Assembly (NCBI GenBank): GCA_958296105.1
Contig: OY282441.1
Coordinates: forward strand, 2,984,773 to 3,048,772
DNA from: an uncultured Dehalococcoidia bacterium
Lineage (GTDB): Bacteria > Chloroflexota > Dehalococcoidia > Lucifugimonadales > UBA1123
Direction: 5' to 3'
DNA length: 64,000 nucleotides
Below the pieces are notes generated by a model. It saw only the letters and a program-made list of their open reading frames with translations. It made no database searches and was not told the origin of the DNA. Positions 10,083 to 18,475 of the stretch are shown piece by piece (positions within the stretch are counted from its first letter, which is position 1; the number at the start of each line of letters is the position of its first letter). Both the position numbers and the translations under genes were made by a program.

Positions 10083-10544
10083 TCAGCCCAGCAGACGCTG
10101 CATCACCATGTCCCTCGACAGGTTGACTTGGCTGACAGCCCTCAGCTCGAGTTTCTCGTACAGGTCTCGCTTCACCGGGTCATCCAGCCTGCATACCACC
10201 ACAGGCACCATGAGAATATGATGGGCGATCTGCGCCGACAGCGCGTTGGTCGCGTCGCTGCCTGCCACTGCCACGAATATATCCGCTTCGTGAACATTCG
10301 CCGCGCGCAGGTGAGATTCCAGCGTGATGTCCGCCACTACGGGCTGGACCCTGCCGCTCGCCCCTCGCGCTTCGGGAAGGCGGTCGAAGGCTTCCGCCGC
10401 CCGGTCGAGTATGTGAACGAGGTATCCCTGATCGCCCAGCGCCTTCGCTATCTCGGCCCCCGTCCTTCCGCACCCGCCGACTGCGGCTCTTCCGGATTCG
10501 TTCCTGGCGACGGCATACCCCAAGCGGCTCGACATCTGCACCAC
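10083..10544 (-). CDS. TrkA-N (RCK N-terminal) NAD-binding protein
   Basis: AVGGCGRTGAEIAKAL Rossmann motif. 153 aa, adjacent to other Trk/Ktr genes. Confidence 0.65.
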   Translation of the reverse strand: MVQMSSRLGYAVARNESGRAAVGGCGRTGAEIAKALGDQGYLVHILDRAAEAFDRLPEARGASGRVQPVVADITLESHLRAANVHEADIFVAVAGSDATNALSAQIAHHILMVPVVVCRLDDPVKRDLYEKLELRAVSQVNLSRDMVMQRLLG

Positions 10545-10550
10545 CCTGAT

Positions 10551-11006
10551 TCAGCGGCGGTAGCCGTCGAGACTGCCCATCGCCGGTTTCGGATCGCGGG
10601 AGACGATCACGCGGCAGGGGGCATGTCTCAGCACGTAAGGTATGTAGTCGCCCAGCGAAAACGAGCCATAAGACTCCGCTTCGGTCGTTCCCATCACTAC
10701 GGCGTCCACGTTCTTGTCCACCGCCTCGCGCACCACCACAGCGCCCGCCTTTCTCGCCTGCACCAGATGGGCTTCCGAGCTGCAATTGTAGCTGTTGGCT
10801 ACCTGCTCCATCTTCCTCAGCACTCGTTCGCCCTCTTGGTAGTCCTCCGCCACGTCGGCGTCTATCGGCGAGTGTCGCCCCACCTCGATCACGTAGAGAA
10901 TGTGCAGCAGACTGCGCCTCGATTCGAGCAGCTCGCATCCAAGCCTGACCACATCCTCGTCGCAGTCCGCCCCAGTAACCGGAACCAGTACCGAAGAAGC
11001 CCTCAT
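10551..11006 (-). CDS. Universal stress protein family protein
   Basis: VLVPVTG...LHILYVIEV...VVMGT...G..IPYVLRHAPCRVIV is the Usp pattern. Start at ATG 11006; the ORF is open to 11060. Confidence 0.7.
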   Translation of the reverse strand: MRASSVLVPVTGADCDEDVVRLGCELLESRRSLLHILYVIEVGRHSPIDADVAEDYQEGERVLRKMEQVANSYNCSSEAHLVQARKAGAVVVREAVDKNVDAVVMGTTEAESYGSFSLGDYIPYVLRHAPCRVIVSRDPKPAMGSLDGYRR

Positions 11007-11111
11007 ACTCTTGTGATTCGCGTCTCCTCTCCGGGACGGCCACCTAGCCCAGCCGAACAAATGGACCCTCCCGGCAAACTCTATGCGCGCCTCGAGACCT
11101 TCGAGACCGCC

Positions 11112-11810
11112 CTACGTCGCCGCCGCCGCCAGCGACGGAACCGGCTGTCCTCCCAGCGCGTCCAACTGGTCGAGCATCTCGTCCTTCCCAGCCAAGACCA
11201 GCCAATCGCCGGATCGCAGCCTGTCTTCCGTGTCCGGATTCAGGGTGACGTCCCGCCTGCGCCTGATGGCAAGCACCACCAGGCCGTACTTGTTTCTTGG
11301 ACTCGAAAAGCCCAGCTCTTTGAGGCTCATGCCCACGAACCTGTCCGGCACCCTCAGCTTGCTGATGCCGAAGTTCGGGGTGATCTCCAGATACTCTTCC
11401 ACGTTCGGGTTGAACATGTTGTGAGCCAGACGGTTTCCCATCTCCGCCTCGGCGTGGACGACCTTGTTCACGCCAATCAGGTCCAGCGTGTTCCCGTGCA
11501 GCTCGTTGTGCGCCCGCGAGACCACGTAAGGCACGCCCAGCGTCTTGAGCAAGACGGACGCCATGATGCTGGACACCACATCCGATCCAATAGCCACCAC
11601 CGCCGCGTCATAGTCCGGTATTCCGAGCTCTTTCAGCACCGCGTCGTTCGTACAGTCCCCCGTCAGCGCGTAGGTGGACATTCCCACCATGTTCTGGACG
11701 CGGGTCTCGTCCTTGTCTATCGCCAAGACGTCGTGACCCAGATTGTAGAGCGAGCGAGCGAGGCTCGACCCGAACCTGCCAAGTCCCAATACTGCTATCT
11801 GCTTCTTCAT
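11112..11810 (-). CDS. K+ uptake regulatory subunit KtrA/TrkA (RCK N + C domains)
   Basis: KKQIAVLGLGRFGSSLARSL GxGxxG followed by a TrkA-C-like C-terminal domain. Start taken at ATG 11810; the ORF is open to GTG 11828. Confidence 0.8.
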   Translation of the reverse strand: MKKQIAVLGLGRFGSSLARSLYNLGHDVLAIDKDETRVQNMVGMSTYALTGDCTNDAVLKELGIPDYDAAVVAIGSDVVSSIMASVLLKTLGVPYVVSRAHNELHGNTLDLIGVNKVVHAEAEMGNRLAHNMFNPNVEEYLEITPNFGISKLRVPDRFVGMSLKELGFSSPRNKYGLVVLAIRRRRDVTLNPDTEDRLRSGDWLVLAGKDEMLDQLDALGGQPVPSLAAAAT

Positions 11811-11861
11811 CTCTCTTGCCTCGGACACACTGGGGCCCCGCGCGGGCGCGGGCTGAAGTTC

Positions 11862-13268
11862 TCACCCTATTGTAACTCGTTCTCTTGCAAATCGGTACAT
11901 GTCCGTGCTGCCCTTCTGCGCCATAGCGAGGCCGATGGTGAAAGGCCCCAGGCGTCCAACGAACATCGCCGCCACCAGAATGAGCTGGCCCCACTGCGAC
12001 AGGAACGAGGTGATCCCTGCGCTCAGCCCCACCGTCCCAAATGCGGACACGCTCTCGAAGAGCAGGAAGAGGAAGTCGTGGTCGCCGTCCGAAATGCTGA
12101 GCGCGACCACTATCGTAAAGACTATCCCGGTCGAGATGGCGCCCAGCACCAGCGCCCTCCTCACCTGCTCCGAGGGGATTTCCCGCCCGAACGCCGAGGC
12201 GCTGTCGCGCCCTCGGATGGTGGAGACCACCGCAACGAGTATGACCGCCAGCGTGTTTATCTTGATGCCCCCCGCCACCGACGCCGACGCCCCCCCAATG
12301 AACATCAGACCGGAGATCATGAAGTTGGTCTCATGCTCGGTTTCGCTGTAGTCGAACGTCGTAAAACCCGCTGTCCTTCCGCTGACCGACTCGAAGATCG
12401 AGGTCGTCACCTTCTGGCTGACCGGCATCGGCCCCAGAGTCTGCGGGTTGCGATACTCGAACGTCATGAATATCCCAAAGCCTATCAGTATGGTCGCCGC
12501 CGTGAGGGTCAGCACCAGCTTGGTCGTGAGGCCGAACAGCCTGAACCGTCTGTTCAGCAGGACGTCCATCAGAACGCCGTAGCTGATCGCGCCCATGAAG
12601 ATCATGCCCGCAGTTACGCCGATGACCGTTCCGTCCATCTGGAACGCGCCCATCCCCGCGCTCTCGCCGAAGAATACGAAACCCGCGTTGTTGAACGAAG
12701 AGATCGAGTGAAACAGCGCCAGAGTGAGCGCGCGCTCCGGAGGGTACAAGAACCAGAATCTGACCGCGAGAATGACGAAGCCCAGCAGCTGAACGCCCAC
12801 CGCGAATATCACGATCCCGACCGTCAGGCGCACCAGTCCGCCGTGTCCCATCCCCAGAAGGTCACCGCCGAGGCTCTCTCGAATCAGCAGCCGCTGAGAC
12901 AGCGTCACCCGCTGCCCCGCCACGACCAGCGCGAACGTGGCTAGAGACATGAACCCAAGACCGCCAACGAAGATGATCGCAGCCAGTATGATCTGTCCGC
13001 CGGTAGTCCAGTACGTCGGCGTATCCTGCACGGTCAGCCCCGTCACCGTCACCGCGGAAGTCGCCGTGAACAGCGCCGTCATGAAGGGAGTCGCGCCTTC
13101 GCCGTGATGCGTAAACGGCAGCATCAGCAGCAGGGTTGCAGCCGCTATGAGTCCAGCGAAGACATAGATCACGATGAGCGGAGACGTCAGCGCTCTGGAG
13201 TTGACCTTGCGAGTCTCCACAGTCACCGTGACGGGTCTCAACTCCTCCCGTCTCGGGTGTCTGACCAT
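11862..13268 (-). CDS. TrkH/KtrB family potassium transporter
   Basis: Polytopic membrane protein with TrkH-type pore motifs (SAVTVTGL, SSFNNAGF, SGRTAGF, SAFGTVGLS). Start at ATG 13268 is uncertain; the ORF is open to 13364. Confidence 0.85.
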   Translation of the reverse strand: MVRHPRREELRPVTVTVETRKVNSRALTSPLIVIYVFAGLIAAATLLLMLPFTHHGEGATPFMTALFTATSAVTVTGLTVQDTPTYWTTGGQIILAAIIFVGGLGFMSLATFALVVAGQRVTLSQRLLIRESLGGDLLGMGHGGLVRLTVGIVIFAVGVQLLGFVILAVRFWFLYPPERALTLALFHSISSFNNAGFVFFGESAGMGAFQMDGTVIGVTAGMIFMGAISYGVLMDVLLNRRFRLFGLTTKLVLTLTAATILIGFGIFMTFEYRNPQTLGPMPVSQKVTTSIFESVSGRTAGFTTFDYSETEHETNFMISGLMFIGGASASVAGGIKINTLAVILVAVVSTIRGRDSASAFGREIPSEQVRRALVLGAISTGIVFTIVVALSISDGDHDFLFLLFESVSAFGTVGLSAGITSFLSQWGQLILVAAMFVGRLGPFTIGLAMAQKGSTDMYRFARERVTIG

Positions 13269-13668
13269 GCGGTCGCCGGGTTTGGGTGTCCATGTGGGGC
13301 GCAATGCCAAGTGTTCCGAAGAGACCGGATGCGGCGGCGAGGCCGGGTGCCGTCCGTCCGCCAAACCGTCTCGTATGATGCTCGTCTAGCCAGTAGCCGC
13401 TCGTGCGATTCTAGGATTCGTCCAAGCGTCTTGTCAACGAAAATTGCAATCTTCCAATTCCGCCGACTCTTGGAAAGCATATGCTGCGGCATACCCCAGC
13501 CCATGACTTCGGCGCAGAGAACGCTTGCCCTGCTTGGTGAGACTCAATAGACTACCACCAAACAGGACATTTTCCACAGATGCGGGGAGCAGCTCGCGCA
13601 TCCTTGCGCGTCCACGCTGGCCGGTATGCGCCCGCAGGGGAAACAGCCACGTGATCTAATCTAGGGGA

Positions 13669-14769
13669 ATGACCAGAACGGCAGGCGTCGAGAGTATGGC
13701 GGACATAGACGAAATCGTATTGAGCGTGGTGGACCAATCCCCCATGAGGAAGGGCGGCAAACCCTCCGAGGCGCTGCGCGAGACGGTCACGCTGGCACAG
13801 AGAGCCGAGCGCTTTGGGTACAGCCGATACTGGGTGGCGGAGCATCACAACTCCACGTCGTTCACCGGCACCAGCCCGGAGGTGCTGATAGGCCAGATCG
13901 CGGCGAGGACGGAGCGAATCCGGGTTGGAAGCGGCGGAGTGATGCTGAGCCACTACTCGGCGCTGAAGGTGGCGGAGCAGTTCAGAGTTCTGGACGCATT
14001 CTACCCGGGCCGCATAGACCTTGGGATAGGCAGAGCGCCGGGCAGCGACCGCCTGACCGCCGCCGCCCTCAGCCATCCCAGGCCTCCGGTGGACGTGCTG
14101 CGCGAGTTCCCCCAGATGGTGGGAGACCTGCTGGGGTTTCTCAGCGGCAGCATGGCGGAGGGTCATCCACTGCGCGAGATAAAGGCGCAGCCGGGCGGCG
14201 CGCCCGAAACGGCGCCCGAGGTGTGGCTGCTGGGGTCGTCCGACTACAGCGCGCAGCTGGCGGCGCATCTCGGACTTCCGTTCAGCTTCGCCGATTTCTT
14301 CGGCACCACCAGCGAGTACGGCCCGCGCATGGCAGACCTGTACCGAGACCTGTTCCAGCCGTCCGAGTACCTGTCGGAGCCGAAAGTCAACGTGGGGTTG
14401 CAGGTCATCTGCGCGCCCACTGAGGAGGAGGCAAGGTTCGTGGGCGCGTCTCGCAGCCTCAACAAGGTGGTATCGGCGCTGGGCTTGACCACCGGCGGAC
14501 TTCTGCCGCCGGAGGAGGCAATCGACTGGCCGCTGGACGAGCGAGCGCGGGAGTATATGGCCCAATCGACCCAGAGCTACATCGAGGGCGATCCGAACCA
14601 GGTGCGAGATGGGATCCTTGCATCGGCGGAGCGCTACCAGACTGCGGACATAGGGATCGTGACGAACTGCTACTACTTCGATCACCGTGTGAGATCATAC
14701 GAGCTGGTGGCGAGGGCGATGGGGATGGCTTCCGGCTGCGCGAACCCCTGCGGCATGGGCTACGGATGA
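13669..14769 (+). CDS. LLM-class (luciferase-like) flavin-dependent oxidoreductase
   Basis: 366 aa. LSVVDQSPM...ETVTLAQRAERFGYSRYWVAEHHN...GSGGVMLSHYS is typical of the MsnO8/LLM family. Confidence 0.85.
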   Translation: MTRTAGVESMADIDEIVLSVVDQSPMRKGGKPSEALRETVTLAQRAERFGYSRYWVAEHHNSTSFTGTSPEVLIGQIAARTERIRVGSGGVMLSHYSALKVAEQFRVLDAFYPGRIDLGIGRAPGSDRLTAAALSHPRPPVDVLREFPQMVGDLLGFLSGSMAEGHPLREIKAQPGGAPETAPEVWLLGSSDYSAQLAAHLGLPFSFADFFGTTSEYGPRMADLYRDLFQPSEYLSEPKVNVGLQVICAPTEEEARFVGASRSLNKVVSALGLTTGGLLPPEEAIDWPLDERAREYMAQSTQSYIEGDPNQVRDGILASAERYQTADIGIVTNCYYFDHRVRSYELVARAMGMASGCANPCGMGYG

Positions 14770-14933
14770 ATCACCACAACACAGGTTTGGATAGAGTAAT
14801 CGAAGGCGTGCGTTTTGGCAGCGGCATGGGCTACGGATGAATCACCACAACACAGGTTTGGATAGAGTAATCGAAGGCGTGCGTTTTGGCAGCGGCATGA
14901 GATACGGATGAATCACCACAACTAGGAGCAGCC
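14752..14933. repeat. 71-bp tandem repeat (about 2.5 copies) starting inside the last codons and stop of the LLM gene
   Basis: GGCATGGGCTACGGATGAATCACCACAACACAGG+TTTGGATAGAGTAATCGAAGGCGTGCGTTTTGGCAGC starts at 14752, 14823 and (partial) 14894. The paralogous locus at ~16005-16044 has one copy only and lacks the 37-bp TTTGGATAG... part. Confidence 0.85.
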
Positions 14934-15416
14934 GTGACACGAGACAATCGACCCCAATCGACTCAGAGAGAATCCATCTGGGCCATCGACCCCAAATGGA
15001 TAAACACCTACCTTGCCATCTTCACGTCTTTGAATACAATCAACATAGCCCGAGTTGTCTGGTACGAGACCACACAGGCAGCCCATGCGGGATGGTCTCC
15101 CGCCACTGACGCCATCTTGGAGAGCGTGGGCAAAGGCAGCATCGGCATAGCAGGATTCACGATAACAGTCACCGAAGCAGGGAGGTTTGCAATGGTACTA
15201 GGCGGAGCGCTGCAAGAGGCGCTGAAGAGGAGACGGGAGAGACAGATCGCCGAGGCGAGAGCCGAGGAGAGGGCGGAGACATGGGCAGAGGCATGGGAAG
15301 AGGTCAACGACCGCTGGCGTGCGTGGAACAGCCGTCGCCTAGACGCCCTTGCCAAAGGCGAGCCTTTCGATGAGCCGACGCCGGACATCGACGCGCCACC
15401 CGCAAACGGCCGGTAG
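14934..15416 (+). CDS. Hypothetical membrane/coiled-coil protein, paralog 1 (two predicted TM segments + ARAE/W-rich helical tail)
   Basis: GTG start 6 nt after an AGGAG SD. 160 aa. A near-identical paralog lies at 16045..16596, and the C-terminal module recurs as free-standing ORFs. Confidence 0.55.
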   Translation: MTRDNRPQSTQRESIWAIDPKWINTYLAIFTSLNTINIARVVWYETTQAAHAGWSPATDAILESVGKGSIGIAGFTITVTEAGRFAMVLGGALQEALKRRRERQIAEARAEERAETWAEAWEEVNDRWRAWNSRRLDALAKGEPFDEPTPDIDAPPANGR

Positions 15417-15430
15417 CAGGGAGGTTTGCA

Positions 15431-15691
15431 ATGGTACTAGGCGGAGCGCTGCAAGAGGCGCTGAAGAGGAGACGGGAGAGACAGATCGCCGAGGCGAGAG
15501 CAGAGGGGAGAGCCGAGGCATGGGCAGAGGCGAGGGCCGAGGGGAGAGCAGAGGGGAGAGCAGAGACATGGGCCGAGGTCAACGACCGCTGGCGTGCGTG
15601 GAACAGCCGCCGCCTAGACGCCCTTGCCAAAGGCGAGCCTTTCGATGAGCCGACGCCAGACGACGACGCGCCACCCGCAAACGGCCGGTAG
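15431..15691 (+). CDS. Free-standing C-terminal cassette ORF of the 14934 family (86 aa)
   Basis: Starts MVLGGALQEALKRRRERQIAEARAE and ends EPFDEPTPDDDAPPANGR, the same as the tail of the full-length genes. GGGAGG SD sits 6 nt upstream of the ATG. Confidence 0.4.
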   Translation: MVLGGALQEALKRRRERQIAEARAEGRAEAWAEARAEGRAEGRAETWAEVNDRWRAWNSRRLDALAKGEPFDEPTPDDDAPPANGR

Positions 15692-15745
15692 CCGGGAGGT
15701 TTGCAATGGTACTGGGCGGAGCGCTGCAAGAGGCGCTGAAGCAGA

Positions 15746-16021
15746 GGCGGGCTTCTGCCGCCGGAGGAGGCAATCGACTGGCCGCTGGACGAGCGAGCGC
15801 GGGAGTATATGGCCCAATCGACCCAGAGCTACATCGAGGGCGATCCGAACCAGGTGCGCGATGGGATCCTTGCATCGGCGGAGCGCTACCAGACTGCGGA
15901 CATAGGGATCGTGACGAACTGCTACTACTTCGATCACCGTGTGAGATCATACGAGCTGGTGGCGAGGGCGATGGGGATGGCTTCCGGCGGCGCGAACTCC
16001 TGCGGCATGGAACACGGATGA
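15746..16021 (+). pseudogene. Duplicated 3' fragment of the LLM oxidoreductase gene (copy of 14494..14769)
   Basis: Near-identical DNA encoding ...EAIDWPLDERAREYMAQSTQSYIEGDPNQVRDGILASAERYQTADIGIVTNCYYFDHRVRSYELVARAMGMASGGANSCGMEHG. It has no N-terminal body and is joined at ~15745 to a truncated cassette. Confidence 0.75.
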
Positions 16022-16044
16022 ATCACCACAACACAGGAGCAACC

Positions 16045-16596
16045 GTGACACGAGACAATCGACCCCAATCGACTCAGAGAGAATCCATCTGGGCCATCGA
16101 CCCCAAATGGATAAACACCTACCTTGCCATCTTCACGTCTTTGAATACAATCAACATAGCGCGAGTTGTCTGGTACGAGACCACACAGGCAGCCCATGCG
16201 GGATGGTCTCCCGCCACTGACGCCATCTTGGAGAGCGTGGGCAAAGGCAGCATAGGCATAGCAGGATTCACGATAACAGTCACCGAAGCAGGGAGGTTTG
16301 CAATGGTACTAGGCGGAGCGCTGCAAGAGGCGCTCAAGAGGAGACGTGAGAGACAGATCGCCGAGGCGAGAGCTGAGGCGAGGGCCGAGGCATGGGAAGA
16401 GGCGAGAGCAGAGGCATGGGAAGAGGCGAGAGCAGAGGCATGGGAAGAGGCGAGAGCAGAGGCATGGGAAGAGGCGAGAGCAGAGGTCGACCGCTGGCGG
16501 GAGTGGAACAGCCGTCGCCTAGACGCCCTTGCCAAAGGCGAGCCTTTCGATGAGCCGACGCCAGACATCGACGCGCCGCCCGCAAACGGCCGGTAG
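16045..16596 (+). CDS. Hypothetical membrane/coiled-coil protein, paralog 2 (183 aa)
   Basis: GTG start after a CAGGAGC SD. The N-terminal ~95 aa are identical to paralog 1. The tail carries 4 tandem EARAEAWE (24-bp) repeats. Confidence 0.55.
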   Translation: MTRDNRPQSTQRESIWAIDPKWINTYLAIFTSLNTINIARVVWYETTQAAHAGWSPATDAILESVGKGSIGIAGFTITVTEAGRFAMVLGGALQEALKRRRERQIAEARAEARAEAWEEARAEAWEEARAEAWEEARAEAWEEARAEVDRWREWNSRRLDALAKGEPFDEPTPDIDAPPANGR

Positions 16597-16610
16597 CCGG
16601 TAGGTTTGCA

Positions 16611-16799
16611 ATGGTACTAGGCGGAGCGCTGCAAGAGGCGCTGAAGAGGAGACGTGAGAGACAGATCGCCGAGGCGAGAGCCGAGGTCAACGACCGCTGG
16701 CGTGCGTGGAACAGCCGCCGCCTCGCCGCCCTTGCCAAAGGCGAGCCTTTCGATGAGCCGACGCCAGACGACGACGCGCCGCCCGCAAACGGCCAGTAG
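16611..16799 (+). CDS. Free-standing C-terminal cassette ORF of the 14934 family (62 aa, no internal repeat)
   Basis: MVLGGALQEALKRRRERQIAEARAEVNDRWRAWNSRRL...PPANGQ. The upstream SD is degraded to GGTAGG. Confidence 0.35.
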   Translation: MVLGGALQEALKRRRERQIAEARAEVNDRWRAWNSRRLAALAKGEPFDEPTPDDDAPPANGQ

Positions 16800-16926
16800 G
16801 CGACGCCTCGGGCGGCGGCCGACGATGGAGGACGGGCCGCCAGTGTTGAACGGCGCTGTATGAGCTTGGGCTGGACAAAAAGCCAGGGCGTGTGCGAAAA
16901 TGACGATGCGGAGATGGGAGAGATAG

Positions 16927-17619
16927 ATGTACCCACCAATCCACGGACCGTATAACTGCAATTCGAGGGTGTTTCCCACAAACTGCAAGAGTTGCCGGCA
17001 GTCCGTCTTCTACTTTTTCTGCGAACACGGCAGCAAGGTGTTTTTCGACCGCCTCGGCCCACCGTGGCCCGAACACCAATGCGTCGGGAGCGCATATAGA
17101 TCGTCGCCTCCCACTCCTCCGAGGCCCTCTGGCCGCAGTGCATGGCCGCAGCTGCGAGGGGTTGAGTTTAGCGTCCGGCCCGCTAACTACGACCTGCTGC
17201 CTGGGATGACACGCGGCTCGGAACAGGCAATCCGGAGAGTCCGAGAAGCGCGTGTGCGCCCGCGTGAAACGGTCAGGATGGATCCGCTAGGATCACTCGC
17301 CGAAACGCTGGCTGGGCGAGTAACCGATGTCCACACAGTGGATGTGGCAGACAGGCTCGGTCTCGAATCGAGTTCGGTCGGTGCCACTCTGGCGAGCCAA
17401 CGCTTCCCAGGGCTGCGAGCAGTACAGATTACGATTCTCGTGGACGAAATCCACATTGACCCAAGCGCCGAGGACCTGATGAGCTACACGTTCTGGATAC
17501 AGGCATCGAGAGATGCCGAGTCTGTCGTGAGGGATGACATCATCTACGTCGAAATCGAGCCTGTGGAGATGCTCGGAGCAGAAGCCCGGTGGGTCGCAAG
17601 ACGCATGGAGGTCATGTAG
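16927..17619 (+). CDS. Hypothetical protein with N-terminal Cys/His zinc-ribbon-like region
   Basis: 230 aa. GGGAGAG SD lies 5 nt before the ATG. The motif is CNSRVFPTNCKSCRQSVFYFFCEHGSKVFFDRLGPPWPEHQC. No family recognised. Confidence 0.5.
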   Translation: MYPPIHGPYNCNSRVFPTNCKSCRQSVFYFFCEHGSKVFFDRLGPPWPEHQCVGSAYRSSPPTPPRPSGRSAWPQLRGVEFSVRPANYDLLPGMTRGSEQAIRRVREARVRPRETVRMDPLGSLAETLAGRVTDVHTVDVADRLGLESSSVGATLASQRFPGLRAVQITILVDEIHIDPSAEDLMSYTFWIQASRDAESVVRDDIIYVEIEPVEMLGAEARWVARRMEVM

Positions 17620-17694
17620 CCGCCAGCGAGCAGCGTAAGGCGGCGCGGCAGACTCTCCCTCCATCGGTGTCTTTGCCCCATGACGGCGAAGCCA

Positions 17695-18357
17695 TCAGCC
17701 CGATCCGCGTTCCCTCCAAGCGGCGTACACGGACGGTTCGAGGGTTCCTTCCAGCCACTGCCTTCTGACCCGCTCGAAGTTGGTTAGAACCTCAGACTCC
17801 AGCTCCGTCTCCGCGCCGTTGTTGAAGATGACGAGGTCGGCGGCGGGCGCGCGGTCTTGCCAAGCTCGCTGGCTGGCTAGGCGCTGCTCCACCTCGTCCT
17901 CCGAGAGCTGGTTGCGCGCCGCCAGACGCTGCTTGGCGCTGCTCTGGTCGCACGCGAGCAGCCATACCCGATTGCACCAGCGCCCGTATCCAGCCTCGAT
18001 GAGGTTGACGGCTTCCAGTACAGCCACGCCGTTGGCGTCCATGCTCTCGTTCCACCCGTCCACCACGCCCTTCACGGCGTCCGCGATGCTTCCGATGGCG
18101 GAGGTGAGCTTGTTCATCTCTTCCGGCTTGCCAAAGACCTTCGCGCCCAGCTTGCGCCGATCTATGTAGCCGTCTTCGCCTACGATCTCGACGCCGAATA
18201 TGCCCGTGATCCGCTCGAATGCGTCCGTGCCGGGATCGTACATCCTGTGTACGAGCCTGTCCGCGTCACAGTGGACCGCGCCCATAGCGGTGAGCGCGCG
18301 GCAGGCGGTGGACTTGCCGGTGGCGATGGAGCCTGTGATGCCTATGATGAGGGGCAT
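17695..18357 (-). CDS. coaE: Dephospho-CoA kinase
   Basis: IIGITGSIATGKST P-loop and DADRLVH...; 220 aa with a C-terminal extension. Confidence 0.85.
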   Translation of the reverse strand: MPLIIGITGSIATGKSTACRALTAMGAVHCDADRLVHRMYDPGTDAFERITGIFGVEIVGEDGYIDRRKLGAKVFGKPEEMNKLTSAIGSIADAVKGVVDGWNESMDANGVAVLEAVNLIEAGYGRWCNRVWLLACDQSSAKQRLAARNQLSEDEVEQRLASQRAWQDRAPAADLVIFNNGAETELESEVLTNFERVRRQWLEGTLEPSVYAAWRERGSG

Positions 18358-18475
18358 GAAGGTTCACCCTCCGTAGGGAGAGGAGCGAGGACTGTGCGCG
18401 TGAGACGCCCGCCCTCCCCCAAAGAGATCGAGGGCGCCCGCAAGATGCGCCCATACGAGAGCGATGGAAAGTGGG

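Noticed and set aside
8898-12944. 1348-aa plus-strand ORF.
   Set aside because: It runs antisense across five recognisable minus-strand genes (pheA, two trkA-N, usp, ktrA, part of trkH). It has an R/H/P-rich composition, no domains, and no plausible start context.
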